Below, piece after piece: positions 18,170 to 29,300 of a stretch of 64,000 nt of DNA. The position numbers were made by a program, and so were the translations under genes. How positions within the stretch are numbered: position 1 is the stretch's first letter; every line of letters starts with the position of its first letter. The notes beneath the pieces were generated by a model, which did no database searches, was not told where the DNA came from, and saw only the letters and a program-made list of their open reading frames with translations. The stretch is from a virus: the IMG/VR virus record IMGVR_UViG_3300027833_001310, positions 28,053 to 92,052 of that record; one strand, 5' to 3'.

Positions 18170-20683
18170 TTAGTCGGCCCATCTTCGTACAACATATTTT
18201 ACTGTTACCGAAGTAGCCGGGTTCAATGTATTACTTACTGATATTGCTCCGTTTTCGGAAGCAAAGTTTGCTGCAAAATTTACATTACCAGTTAATGTAC
18301 CTGAACGTGCATCTGTATAATTATCTACAAACACGATATCGTCAATAGTACTATCACCGGAATACATTAGTGTACCAACACGTCTATAACTGCCGGAACC
18401 TGTTGTTCCTTGCATACTATATTCTACAAACTGTGTGTTTACAGGATTAGAGCCACCGAACGGTACGTCCAATTCTGAAACTGTGCTATTGCCTGTTAGT
18501 ATTGTTAATTGCTCTGGAGCAGTATATGCTGTTATTGCTGTACCTGCCGCTAGTGCTTCTGCTGTTAAGAATTCAATATTTGTTTTAATATTCATCAATC
18601 CTCTGATGTCAGTGTTAACTGATTCAAAGTATAGATTGTTTAATATTCTAGCAAAATCTCTTGCTTCTGTTCTTTCTTCAAAATCCATCTCACCAACTGC
18701 ACCATTAATTTTGGTATCCCATTTAATAGGAAAATGTCCGTTACCTGGACTTGCTGCTTCAGTGCTATTAAATTCTTTGTTTACATACACATTAGAAAAA
18801 ATGTTTACTTCAGGGTAAGCCATTGTAGCACTAAGCCAATCTTCTAATTTTGCTTTAACAGTTGAGTCAGTACGATCGTATTCATCAGATGTGAGTCCTA
18901 ATGATGTTACTGTACTTGCTTCATCGTTATGTAATGCAAATTTAAATGGTAATTTTTGAACTGCTTCTGCGTGAGTAATATACATTTTATTAGCCTCACT
19001 TGGTATAGTAGAAATCTTAGGCCATAAATTAGCACCGTTAACTACTGTTTGTACTGCTACTGACGTAGTTGCCCCTGATAAATCATATGATGCAACTGGT
19101 GTTGCTTCAACTGTTGCACTCGATACAACTGGTCTAAATGTTAATGCTGTTGAATTAGCACTTGTAGAACCTGCTGTAGTCATTACAAAAGTATTTCCTG
19201 TTACAGCATTAACTGTATGACTACCTGATAATCCGCCGCCTGTTGAACCTAGTACAATGCTACCACCTGCTAAGTTACCGTGTCTAGGACTTTTTACAAT
19301 TATGTTACCTGCTACACCGTTCTTGCGTGTTACAAATGATAATAATTCTAAATTAGCACTTGCACTATAGTCTGCATAATTTGTTGTAATTGTAAGTTGT
19401 TTGTTAACTGTATCAATTGCAGTAATTGTTCCAGTATCGCCATTTAGTTGTGATAAATCAGAACCTGATTCGTCAATAAATAAAACAACATCGTTAACTT
19501 CTGTGTTTTCAACATTTTCCACTGTTAATAGAATCTTATTACTAGCATTTTGTCCAACTGTTGTTATTTGTCTTGTTATACTTGATGCATTATTTGGCAG
19601 TGTAGCCGTTAATGTTTGGCCTGTTGAATTATATGCCGATACTGCTAATACTTTACCTGCTGCTAACCAGTCAGACCCACCTTTAACATATACATGATTA
19701 TATATACCCGCCGAGTCGTATAGTCCGTCTGCGTCAATTGAATAACTACCTGTGATTAAAGCTCCTGCTAACGCAATAGAACTAGCTGATGCTGTTGATG
19801 TCACCCCTTCTACTGCTGTATCAACCTTTGTTAAGAATAATGTGCCTAATGGTTCTGCATAAGTAGCAGTATTAGGTGCATGTTTTACGTCTGTTGCAAC
19901 TTGGATATGTTTAAACTGCATACCGATGTACCCAATACCAATACCGCCTGCAACTCTAACATTGTCTGTTGAAAGTTGTCTGTAAGAGGTTATTTGTTTG
20001 TCAGCATAAAAACCAGGCTTTCCTGTTTTACCAATAGTGGTATTTGCTAGAGCTTCAACAATTGCTGTGTTAGCATAGTAAGATGTTGAAATTTCATCAG
20101 CACCACTTGGAGATGTTCTAAGTGAAAGTGTATGAGTATGATCTGATAATGCTAAATTGCCTGTTTGTGAAAAGAAATAGTCATTACCGGATGAAATTGT
20201 TGCTACATTAGATGGGCTCTGAACTGTGCCGTTCTTGAGAACTGTTAAGTCTGCAGGTACAAAAACATTACCTGTTATGTTGTTTTTAAATTCAGCACCT
20301 AGTGTAATATTTGTAAATACTTTACCAAGTCTGCCGTATTCGTTTGCAGTTGAAGATGCGGCTGCGTCTGTTGCTGGTGTCCAACTTACACTATCTGTAA
20401 CGCCGTCAAATGCTCCTTTATCATATACTTTATGGGGAACAATGAACTTAATCATTTGTACGTTGGCTATACTTGCTGTAGTACTCTGAGCACTTGCGGT
20501 CTTTTCAAAGTTACCAGTCTTATTGTAAATGTCAGATACAGCATCGGTTGTGTCTGCACCAATATAAATTTGTCTGCTGTCTGTAGCAAACCCTATTTCA
20601 CCTGGACGCAACGGCTTAGGGAGATCTTGCTTCTGACCCCTGCGTTGTTGCATTCGTACGATTTTTGTTGTTTCTTCTGCCAC
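18170..20683 (-). CDS. virion tail/baseplate fibre-like protein
   Basis: N-terminal RRG...LRPGEIGFATD attachment motif; Thr/Ser/Gly-rich beta character; late promoter 20711-20718. Confidence 0.75.
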   Translation of the reverse strand: MAEETTKIVRMQQRRGQKQDLPKPLRPGEIGFATDSRQIYIGADTTDAVSDIYNKTGNFEKTASAQSTTASIANVQMIKFIVPHKVYDKGAFDGVTDSVSWTPATDAAASSTANEYGRLGKVFTNITLGAEFKNNITGNVFVPADLTVLKNGTVQSPSNVATISSGNDYFFSQTGNLALSDHTHTLSLRTSPSGADEISTSYYANTAIVEALANTTIGKTGKPGFYADKQITSYRQLSTDNVRVAGGIGIGYIGMQFKHIQVATDVKHAPNTATYAEPLGTLFLTKVDTAVEGVTSTASASSIALAGALITGSYSIDADGLYDSAGIYNHVYVKGGSDWLAAGKVLAVSAYNSTGQTLTATLPNNASSITRQITTVGQNASNKILLTVENVENTEVNDVVLFIDESGSDLSQLNGDTGTITAIDTVNKQLTITTNYADYSASANLELLSFVTRKNGVAGNIIVKSPRHGNLAGGSIVLGSTGGGLSGSHTVNAVTGNTFVMTTAGSTSANSTALTFRPVVSSATVEATPVASYDLSGATTSVAVQTVVNGANLWPKISTIPSEANKMYITHAEAVQKLPFKFALHNDEASTVTSLGLTSDEYDRTDSTVKAKLEDWLSATMAYPEVNIFSNVYVNKEFNSTEAASPGNGHFPIKWDTKINGAVGEMDFEERTEARDFARILNNLYFESVNTDIRGLMNIKTNIEFLTAEALAAGTAITAYTAPEQLTILTGNSTVSELDVPFGGSNPVNTQFVEYSMQGTTGSGSYRRVGTLMYSGDSTIDDIVFVDNYTDARSGTLTGNVNFAANFASENGAISVSNTLNPATSVTVKYVVRRWAD

Positions 20684-20729
20684 TGTTAAGCCTCTCTAAT
20701 TACTTAACAGTATTTATCACTTTGAGTGA

Positions 20730-21404
20730 CTAAACTTTATTATAATAGTCTGCTAATCTCATTGCCCATTTATTACAATATTCTTCGAATTCGTCGCCAT
20801 TAATAACAAAGTCAGCATACTTGCCTTCCCTGTCGATCATTAAGATAGCAACTTGTTTGATGTTTGTACCAAACATTTCATTGTGTGCTAGTGCGTATGC
20901 ACAGCCTTGCATGAAGTAATCTTCTATCCATTCACGTTTCTTAATCTTTTTAGCAGTTTTAAAGTCAATAATACTTTCGACACCATTAAACATACCTACT
21001 GCATCACTTGTACCTGCATATAAGCCTTTGGCTATTAGTGCTACTTCAACACCCCATATTTCATCTACTTGACTTAAACCTTTGTCTATCATTTCTTCAA
21101 GCATACGTTTAGCCATAATGCTGATAAGATTGTTGCCTTTGATTTCGTACTCTTCCATTAGCACATATTTTTCTAATGCATTGTGTACTTTAGTACCTAA
21201 GCCTGCGGCTTCTTGGCTAATCCTATTTGCTTCAGCATCGCCTACACGTTTACGCCAATTGATAAGAGCTGTCTTATCACCAGTATCAGAAAGTACCGTG
21301 GTTACACTAGGTACTGGTTGATTATCATCACCTGTGTATTGACGTTGTCCGTTTTTTGCTGTTACCCTGTTGAGAGCTGGGTAAGTAAATTTTTCTACAA
21401 GCAT
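20730..21404 (-). CDS. PD-(D/E)XK exonuclease
   Basis: PSVTTVL, GTKVH, AGTSD, IIDFKT, QGCAYA. Confidence 0.9.
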   Translation of the reverse strand: MLVEKFTYPALNRVTAKNGQRQYTGDDNQPVPSVTTVLSDTGDKTALINWRKRVGDAEANRISQEAAGLGTKVHNALEKYVLMEEYEIKGNNLISIMAKRMLEEMIDKGLSQVDEIWGVEVALIAKGLYAGTSDAVGMFNGVESIIDFKTAKKIKKREWIEDYFMQGCAYALAHNEMFGTNIKQVAILMIDREGKYADFVINGDEFEEYCNKWAMRLADYYNKV

Positions 21405-21431
21405 TAAGTATACCTTTGTTAGTTAAGAACT

Positions 21432-21460
21432 ATTATAGCATGTGATGAATGTTATGTCAA
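21432..21460 (-). promoter_or_regulatory. sigma70-type promoter
   Basis: TTGACA-17-TATAAT. Confidence 0.85.
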
Positions 21461-21461
21461 T

Positions 21462-21486
21462 AAAAAAGGCACTTAAAAATGCCTTT
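21462..21486 (-). terminator. intrinsic terminator ending the late block
   Basis: AAAGGCA/TGCCTTT plus T-run. Confidence 0.65.
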
Positions 21487-21506
21487 ATTTTCAACAACTT
21501 ATGTTA

Positions 21507-21824
21507 TTACCAACTAATATTCCATTGTAATGCGGTTGTATTATTTGGGTCTGTGACAATACTAATACCGTATCCTAAATTAGTAAAGTAATTTTTTACA
21601 TAGTTTATTTGGTCTAGTTTAGTTGGGTCTGTAGTAATACTGTTATATACATAGTAGTACACATTACTGTTAGTCATTGTAGAATTGTTTACATTTGCGT
21701 AAAGTATACCAGCATCAACATTAGCATATACTGCGTTTTCTATAGCAGTTACTTCGTTGTGGATTACAGTATTATTTCTAGTACTGCTTCTTGCTGTTTT
21801 AGCATTTATGAATATCCCAGGCAT
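21507..21824 (-). CDS. hypothetical (putative virion) protein
   Basis: 105 aa, last gene of late operon. Confidence 0.7.
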   Translation of the reverse strand: MPGIFINAKTARSSTRNNTVIHNEVTAIENAVYANVDAGILYANVNNSTMTNSNVYYYVYNSITTDPTKLDQINYVKNYFTNLGYGISIVTDPNNTTALQWNISW

Positions 21825-21826
21825 TG

Positions 21827-22165
21827 TTACGCTATCTCCGAATTCATTGCAGTACTTGCTGCACCTTGAGCTAAATCAGATACAGTGTTTGCTGCTGCTT
21901 CATCATCACCTGTGCTTATTTCTGCAGGTAACTGATTTTTAGGTTTAATTATATCTCTGTTTACACTACTAGCATGTCCGCTCTTATCAATTGCTGTAAT
22001 AAGTTCGTCTGTTGTAGTAACATAGCCTTGCTTGGCTAATAATGATCTAAATTCTTCAGTAGGAATATCTTCTACACCCTTAGCTGCTACTTTTGTTAGC
22101 AAGTCTTGTATGGTTAGAATTAAGTCGGAAAAATATCCTTCTGATATTACTTCTCTAATTAACAT
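21827..22165 (-). CDS. putative head-associated protein with CTS-like leader
   Basis: MLIREVISE. Confidence 0.65.
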   Translation of the reverse strand: MLIREVISEGYFSDLILTIQDLLTKVAAKGVEDIPTEEFRSLLAKQGYVTTTDELITAIDKSGHASSVNRDIIKPKNQLPAEISTGDDEAAANTVSDLAQGAASTAMNSEIA

Positions 22166-22166
22166 T

Positions 22167-23471
22167 TTAGACCTCTACTGGGTTTCTACCTAACGGCTCT
22201 TCTTCTGGGCCTGCTGCGGCAGGTACGTTAACATCCATTGCCGGCTCTTCTAATCCTACTTCTGCTGGTGCTGCGCCTAAATCAGCAGTATCACCTAAAC
22301 CCATATCATCTGAGTTTACAACACTGCCTGCACCAATTAAGCCGCCTATAGCATTATCAATTCCTGCTTTAGCACCTTTAGATGCCTCAATGTATGTTGC
22401 TAATAAACCGTTAACGCTGTCTGCAAAAGTAGCTGCTGCTTGAGCACCCATTTCACCACGCATTTGATCTGCAATTGCTGGTATACTTTCGTTTGCCATA
22501 CGTCCAATCTCTTCTACATGGTCTTGAATATCGTCTGCTAATGCTCTTACTGCCATTACAACTTCTGCTTCTTCTACTGAAGTACCTTCAAGTTCTTCGT
22601 TAATCATGTCGTCTACTAGGCTGTCAAACATTGTGCCTTCGTTTTTCTTTTCGTCTTTTGTATCACCAGTGACATCGTATTCTTCGCCGTCTACTGTAAA
22701 TTTCTTTTCGCCTTTTGCAATAGCATCTTTTCTAGCACCAGTAAATTTGTTTTGTTCTGCTACTTTAGCACCAAACATTTTAATACCGTTTCCAACTGCA
22801 TCTTCTTCTAAACTGTTTAGGAAACCAACAACTGCATCTCTGCTTTTTTCTGTTACTTTAGCAAAAGATTCTAATTTCTCTTCAATTGCTTGTAGGCTTT
22901 CTGTACCTGATAATTCAACACCACACTCTTTAGCAAGTTCTCTAAGTAAAGAATCGTTAAGGTCTGTTTCTGGGATATACTCGCCTTCTTCTTCGATACT
23001 TTCATGTGTACCACCACATGATTCTACATAGCTTTTTGCTGCTGAAAGGATAATTGGCATAACGTGTTCGTCATCATATGCAAAACGTGAATCCATTCTA
23101 TATTGATTCATGCACTCGCCACAAGCCTCATCCATTGTGTAGCCACTGTCCATTAAGTTACAAACACTTGCATTGATCATTTCTTTCATCTCACCATGTG
23201 CAGGTGATTCGGCATACATGCCTTCATTGATCATAGTTTGAACAACATCTTTGATGCCTAAAAACTTTGCGTATTCTAGCTCTTGCTGGAACTTAGTGTT
23301 GACACTTTTAATTTTGTTAATGCTTGCATTAGCAGTTTCTAGTAAACTATCTAGTTTTGCTTTCTTAGGAAATCCAGCAGTCTTTAGTGAGACTCCAAAC
23401 TCTTCCTTTAGCATTTTGTTAACTTTAGCGATTTTCTTTACGCCTTTTTGATTGAATTCTTTTAAAAACAT
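22167..23471 (-). CDS. putative prohead core/scaffold-like protein
   Basis: Acidic and helical, many [ILV]xE sites; late promoter 23509-23516. Confidence 0.6.
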   Translation of the reverse strand: MFLKEFNQKGVKKIAKVNKMLKEEFGVSLKTAGFPKKAKLDSLLETANASINKIKSVNTKFQQELEYAKFLGIKDVVQTMINEGMYAESPAHGEMKEMINASVCNLMDSGYTMDEACGECMNQYRMDSRFAYDDEHVMPIILSAAKSYVESCGGTHESIEEEGEYIPETDLNDSLLRELAKECGVELSGTESLQAIEEKLESFAKVTEKSRDAVVGFLNSLEEDAVGNGIKMFGAKVAEQNKFTGARKDAIAKGEKKFTVDGEEYDVTGDTKDEKKNEGTMFDSLVDDMINEELEGTSVEEAEVVMAVRALADDIQDHVEEIGRMANESIPAIADQMRGEMGAQAAATFADSVNGLLATYIEASKGAKAGIDNAIGGLIGAGSVVNSDDMGLGDTADLGAAPAEVGLEEPAMDVNVPAAAGPEEEPLGRNPVEV

Positions 23472-23531
23472 TTTTTTATTTCCCAGGTATTAAATTCTCT
23501 ATTACTGTTATTTATCATCTTTGCGAACATT

Positions 23532-23921
23532 TTAGTTGAACCGTTTCAGTTCATCCTTGGTAAAATTGAACTTGCAGATAGTATCAAACAATCTAGCCTC
23601 AACTACTTCCCCTAATGTAAAGTCTTTTGTGTGCTTGAGGGTGTGTCTATAGAACATAATGTCGTTTTTACATCTAAAATATTGTGTCATTAAGCCTTCT
23701 AATTTAATTTTATTTGTTAAACTTATTGCTTTTCCTTTGTTACGCAACTTACATAAGTATGTTGCTACACATTTCATAGGAAGTTCTTTTGCTACAACTG
23801 CTTTTGTGATATGCTCTTGTACTACAAATGTATCATCTTGTTTAGTTACAACGTATACACCTTTTCTAGCAACGTTAGTCGCTATAGCATCTAATTGTTT
23901 AGTGAGTCTTTGTTTGTTCAT
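23532..23921 (-). CDS. hypothetical basic protein
   Basis: Start MNKQRL, 5 nt after CATAAATA. Confidence 0.7.
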   Translation of the reverse strand: MNKQRLTKQLDAIATNVARKGVYVVTKQDDTFVVQEHITKAVVAKELPMKCVATYLCKLRNKGKAISLTNKIKLEGLMTQYFRCKNDIMFYRHTLKHTKDFTLGEVVEARLFDTICKFNFTKDELKRFN

Positions 23922-23944
23922 ATAGGTATTTATGAACAGATGTT

Positions 23945-24166
23945 CTATAGTTTTTGTTTTGCTGAGTATAATGTATAACACTCGCAACCATTTTTTACTT
24001 CTTTTTGAAAAATATTCTTTTGGTGCATCTCATTTGCAAGGTATGCATCACGTTCAGAAAGCTCTATTAATTTTAATACGCCAAACATTTCAGCCTGATC
24101 GTATAGTTGTGTTTCAAACTTATTAATCAAACTTATCTGGTTGTCTTTACATTTAACTGCTCTCAT
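23945..24166 (-). CDS. hypothetical protein (73 aa)
   Basis: ATG 5 nt after GGTAAATA. Confidence 0.7.
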   Translation of the reverse strand: MRAVKCKDNQISLINKFETQLYDQAEMFGVLKLIELSERDAYLANEMHQKNIFQKEVKNGCECYTLYSAKQKL

Positions 24167-24167
24167 A

Positions 24168-25079
24168 CTAGTATTTACCTAATTTTTGCATAGTTAACTT
24201 TGCAATGTCCGTATGTGTTTGAGGTCCAGGATGCATAAAGTCTCTAGCCCAATCAGATGGTGCTACTTCGTGTAAATATGTTATAGCTATTGGTATGTTT
24301 CTTGCTTTAGCAATTAGTTCTAATGTTTTTAAATGCATATCGTATGTCATTTGAGATGTAGAATTGACTATATCTGCATACTTGTTAATAGTAGCAGTGT
24401 CTAATGTTGCATCAGGAGATATATTTTCTAACAGTTCTGCTCTCATAGTGCCTACGTTGTAAAAATCTTCATTTGCTGTTGCTGCAGGTGCTCTTCCCAT
24501 TGGAGGTACAAGCACAGCAATACCTGTTAGATTAGGCAAGTCTTCGTCTAAAAAGTTTAATGCATACCATACTGCTAACGCTAACGAAACTGCTGGAGTT
24601 CCCAGATTATATGTTTTCTCACCTGTAAGTTCTGCAAGTTGTGCTGGCCAATTTTGATGTGCATGTATACCTGAACCATATGTATTACTACACCCAAAAC
24701 ATGCTATACCGGGCTCGTCATTAAAATGTTCATCGCGGAAACCTTGCTTGTTTGTTTTGTACCACACATCTACTAACTGGTCTTCTTCTGTGTTCCACCA
24801 GCCATAAAATTTAAGTTGTTTCTTTTGCCTTTTACTAAATCCAGCTTTGTGTAGTTTATGTTCGTAAGGATGCCACTTACAAAAGTTGTAGTCATCTTCT
24901 TGGAATTGTTCAACACCTATAGAATCAAGTGTTTCATTGTCGACGCGATATAAGTAAGGAGCAGTAGAACTATGCTCTATTGTTTTCTTTATTGTGTTAC
25001 GGTCTACTTTAAGTAGTTTTTTTCTTGTACTGTCGCGAGTACTTGCACTACTATGCATTTGTGACCAACGGTCATCCAT
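24168..25079 (-). CDS. SGNH/GDSL-hydrolase-like protein
   Basis: NKQGFRD, FGCSNTYG, YNLG, ARDFMHPG. Confidence 0.65.
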   Translation of the reverse strand: MDDRWSQMHSSASTRDSTRKKLLKVDRNTIKKTIEHSSTAPYLYRVDNETLDSIGVEQFQEDDYNFCKWHPYEHKLHKAGFSKRQKKQLKFYGWWNTEEDQLVDVWYKTNKQGFRDEHFNDEPGIACFGCSNTYGSGIHAHQNWPAQLAELTGEKTYNLGTPAVSLALAVWYALNFLDEDLPNLTGIAVLVPPMGRAPAATANEDFYNVGTMRAELLENISPDATLDTATINKYADIVNSTSQMTYDMHLKTLELIAKARNIPIAITYLHEVAPSDWARDFMHPGPQTHTDIAKLTMQKLGKY

Positions 25080-25100
25080 ATGTATTACCTGTTCTGTGTG

Positions 25101-25610
25101 TTAAATATTTTGCTGATGTCTAGACTTTTTAGGCTTGCCATAGCCTCCAGTTTGCAGAGTAGCCTCGGCATGCATTGCTGCCATGTGCTTTTTATATTTC
25201 TTAGTACCTTTTTTATGTGGGCTTTTACCTTCTCCCATGCTGATGCCAAAGTTGTTGTCTAGTAGATCTTCTATGTTAGTATCGTAGTCTACGACTTTAA
25301 AATTTTTGTCTATCAGTAATGCTACATTATCTTCGTAACCGTGATTCTCGCCACTAAGTATTTGATAACCATCTTCAATCTCTATAAGATCTTCTTGATA
25401 TTCCCAAGCACTAATAATTTCTTCTTTTTTGCTTTGTGTAATTTCTGGGACTACTGCATTTTCATCAACTGCTTTCTTTTTCTTTTTCTTAGGAGTTGTA
25501 TTAGCAAACACACTTGCATTAGGTCTTTTTTGCATGCCGCCTAGTGGAGCAGCAACTGTAGCAATACCACCTGCACTAGTTGTTTCTTGTATAATGTCAT
25601 TAATCTTCAT
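25101..25610 (-). CDS. modular head-associated protein with CTS-like leader
   Basis: MKINDIIQE; alternating basic and acidic modules bounded by Glu sites. Confidence 0.65.
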   Translation of the reverse strand: MKINDIIQETTSAGGIATVAAPLGGMQKRPNASVFANTTPKKKKKKAVDENAVVPEITQSKKEEIISAWEYQEDLIEIEDGYQILSGENHGYEDNVALLIDKNFKVVDYDTNIEDLLDNNFGISMGEGKSPHKKGTKKYKKHMAAMHAEATLQTGGYGKPKKSRHQQNI

Positions 25611-25631
25611 AGTAGTATTTACCGTTTTTTA

Positions 25632-26168
25632 TTATGTTAGTCTAACGTTTACGATATCCCAGTTAATAATACGCCACATATTGTTTAAGTATTTGCCTTT
25701 GTCATGCTGGTAATCTAATGCCCAAGCATGTTCCCACCAGTCAACTAACATTGCTATGTCATTTTTAACTTGGTGATTAACTATTGTTTTGATGTCGCCT
25801 GATGTACTCATGTATACCCAACCGCTACCTTGTATCTTCATTGCTACTTGTTCAAACTCTTCTTTGAATGCATTGTAGTTGCTATACTTGCTGTCTATTA
25901 GCTCTTTACTTGCACCAGTAGGGTTGTTACTGCCACTTGGTGCTTTTAGTTGTGGGAAGAATACATTGTGTAGGAATGCGCCTGCTTCCATAAACTGTGC
26001 ATCGCCTTTGCCTTCGTTATATTTTGTAACGTATGCTTTTGCAAGTTTGCCATAATGAAAATTTATAGTGTCTTCGCTCATAACAGGATCAAGATCATTT
26101 TTACCGTAAGGTAACTTTTCTTGTACAAGTACTTTCTTTTCTTCTGTTAAAAATTCATTTAGTTTCAC
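25632..26168 (-). CDS. sod: Fe/Mn superoxide dismutase with CTS-like leader
   Basis: LPY, FHYGK, FLHN, QGSGW, DWWEHAW; N-terminus MKLNEFLTEE. Confidence 0.92.
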   Translation of the reverse strand: MKLNEFLTEEKKVLVQEKLPYGKNDLDPVMSEDTINFHYGKLAKAYVTKYNEGKGDAQFMEAGAFLHNVFFPQLKAPSGSNNPTGASKELIDSKYSNYNAFKEEFEQVAMKIQGSGWVYMSTSGDIKTIVNHQVKNDIAMLVDWWEHAWALDYQHDKGKYLNNMWRIINWDIVNVRLT

Positions 26169-26362
26169 TTCTTCTTCCCACCTTTCATATTAGCACACCA
26201 TTGATACATTTTGCCTTTCTCGCCACTATACTTTTTAGCCTTTGCTTTCAAATCAGTAACTGAGCCTTTACAACTAGCACCTGCTTTCTTTACTCTGCCA
26301 GGTCTGCTTTTGCCTTTCTTTTTACCGTCAGTGAAATTTTCTGTAATTTCAACTATTTTCAT
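26165..26362 (-). CDS. small basic head-associated protein
   Basis: MKIVEITE then Lys/Gly-rich body. Confidence 0.7.
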   Translation of the reverse strand: MKIVEITENFTDGKKKGKSRPGRVKKAGASCKGSVTDLKAKAKKYSGEKGKMYQWCANMKGGKKK

Positions 26363-29300
26363 TAGTTACTACTGTCTACAATTGATGTATTTGCAAATGG
26401 ATTTTCATTTGTTGTTACAAGATAGTTTGTCTTTGCGTGTAGTCTTAACCCGGAACCTTCTAAGTCTTTAACGTCTTGTATAAATGTAAACGTCTGCTTT
26501 TTAAGATCTAAGAAAAGTATTCCTTTAAGATTACCACCACCTCTTTTTGCTGCAAGATAGTTATTAACATTAGACTGTGCTATGGCTTGCATTGCACCGG
26601 TAATGTTATTTTGTGCTAAGTTTTGTGCTATCTGGTTGCCAGCATTAGGTATTTCTGTAAAGATATTTGAAATAATATCTGCTATTTCTTTTTCTGCTTC
26701 AGGTACTAACTTCAAGAAAGCTGCAACATGATTTTGTTGCATACCTGATTTGACTCTTAACACTGCACCCTGTGCTTCTAGTTCTTTAAACTTCTCATCA
26801 TACTTTGTAAAGAATGCTGTTACTTTAGACTTGTATGAATCTGATACAGTAACTTGTCTGTCATTAAATCTAGCAGAATTTTTTCTTGTTGTTTTTAATT
26901 CAATTGGTTGACCGTCAATCATTAAGTCACCTTTGCCATCGTCAGCACCTGATGATGCTCCCATGCCGCCAATTCTCTGTGACAATACTGAAAGTGCAAA
27001 CTCACCTGGGCCAATACCATACTGTACAACTTCATTTAAGTCGTTAACTAATTCTGTTATGTGCTCGTTGCCTTCCATTCCGTAACCAACAAATATCTCA
27101 GACATAGTATCAGTAGATGTAGACAACAATGTATCAACTCTAACTAATTTATCTCCCTTCCAATCTATGAAAAGTTTTGCTCTTTCTGCTGGCGTCATTT
27201 CTATACTTGCAATAATCTTTGCAATTTGTTTAATTGCTTTCTTAACATCCTCATCAGGTACTTCACCTAATTGGCTGCTTAAACTTTGTATTTTACCACC
27301 TACGCCCATATCATCTAACAGTTGTTCAATGTAGTTAACTAATTTATTAGTTTTTTCATCATCTGGTAAGTCGGCTAATTTTTTGATCAGCTCTGATTTA
27401 CTTTCAGTTATTCCTGCTTTCTTTTTAGTTTCTGGGTGTACTTTGTTTTGTACAAAACCTTTGAATATAGTACGCAAATCAGTGTCTGGTCCACCGCCAC
27501 TAGCTGCTTCTCTGAATGCTCTGATCATACTAGGATCTGGTACTACAAAGTATGCTTCCATTTGCGATTTTAAATCACTAGCAAGTAAAGGAACATTTAA
27601 TAACTGTTTTATTTTCTTTACAGGTGAGTTGTCTGGTACAGCACCTTCTGTATATTTTGCTGCTCTGCCTGATCCTGACTTGTTAGGATGTTCAAATCCT
27701 TTGCCTTTCTTTTTCTTTTTACCAGGCGTACCGTAAGTAGTTAATAATGCAGCCATATCTTGTTCTGCTTCAATAGTTTCATTTAATTTTTTCTTAGATA
27801 CTATTAGTGCTTCGTTTATCTTCGTAGCATCAACTTTACTAACTATTTCTAACTGTTTTTTAAATGGTAATTTGTTAAAATTCTCAAACATGTTATTACT
27901 CTCTTCTATATCACTAAATCTTATATTCATTTCTTGCGCCATGTATTCTCTTTCTGATGCATCAGTTTCTTGGTGTGTTCCTACTATGAATGGACTCTTT
28001 TCCCCTGCAAGGCTAAATGCGTCTGGATTGAAATCTCTATCTCTGTAAGGTAGGAAGCCATGCTTCTTGCTAAAAGTATCTATTTTTACTTTAGCATCTA
28101 ATGTCTGTTCTTGATATCTTTCGGCTTTTTGTTTTCTATGAATTATTAAATCTTTTATTCTTTTTATCTTTTCATCTGTTTCGGTATCTTCGTTAGTTCT
28201 ACTACTTCCCTGTGCATGTGCAGGGTGATCAGCATCTATTAGGTCTGTAGTATCAACCCCGCCTGCTTTGTATGCTGATACTATCGATGATACTTCATCC
28301 CACTGTACAGGATTGCCACCGTTTTCCTTGTTGTACACTAATGCATTTAGAACATCTTGTTTTGCATTATTACTTGTTTCTAAGTTGTTAATCCATCTTG
28401 CTAGTTTTACAGCATTAACTCTTGGATCAGCCATGAAGTGACCGAATCCAGTGAACCACATTTTTTTATAGAGAGGAAAATCATTTTCCGCCATCTCAAT
28501 TGCTGCTTGATTACTAAAAGTAGATGGGTCATTATCTGACGCATCTGAGGTACCTGTTGTGCCTAGTTGCTCTAATTCTTTTTCATAGTCGGCAACCATT
28601 TTAAGTTCGCCTTGAGCATCAATCATTCCTTCATTGTAATCATATAATGCTCTGTATACTTCATTATGTTCATCGCGACTAATAGCTTTAAAATCTTCTG
28701 CTTTAAACTTTTTACCCGGAGGTGTCTTTATTGGAGCTCCTGATATAAGTTTGTTACCCATTTCTGTTTGGAGCCAATTGTAGTATGGTACTGGTAAAAA
28801 CAATGCATCGGTGCCGTTGTACTTAACAGTAAATTCTGGTGTTGGTGCTTTTGCTACCTTAACTTTGAATGCGTTATTAAACGCATCAGCAAACTTTGTC
28901 ATGTTATCGTGGTAAGGTGACCCACCAATATTTAACATAGGTACATATTGTTTACTTGCTAAAAATTCTTTATAAAGAGATTCTGGTGTGAATCCAAAAT
29001 CTTTCATTGCTTGTCTAAAGCCTGCTACTTGTTGCACTTTAACAGGATTACGATTTTTCCCTGTTGCTATAGAACTTAGTAGATAACCAAAAGCAGTAAG
29101 ACTGTAATCACGAGCACGATCATTCCAACTCTCTTCTTCTTTGATAATACTTTCTTCTGCGTTCTCTCTTTTAGATCTTGCAAGTGCATTGTATGCTGTA
29201 GCAAGAGCGTCTATAGCGTCGGTGTAATGATTTTTGCCCACCACACTTTTAAATGCATCTACTACTTTCTTATCAGTATTATCTGGGTCAATTCTACTAG

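Noticed and set aside
20730-21404. Cas4/CRISPR association
   Set aside because: No array or cas genes, no Fe-S cysteines; ordinary phage exonuclease
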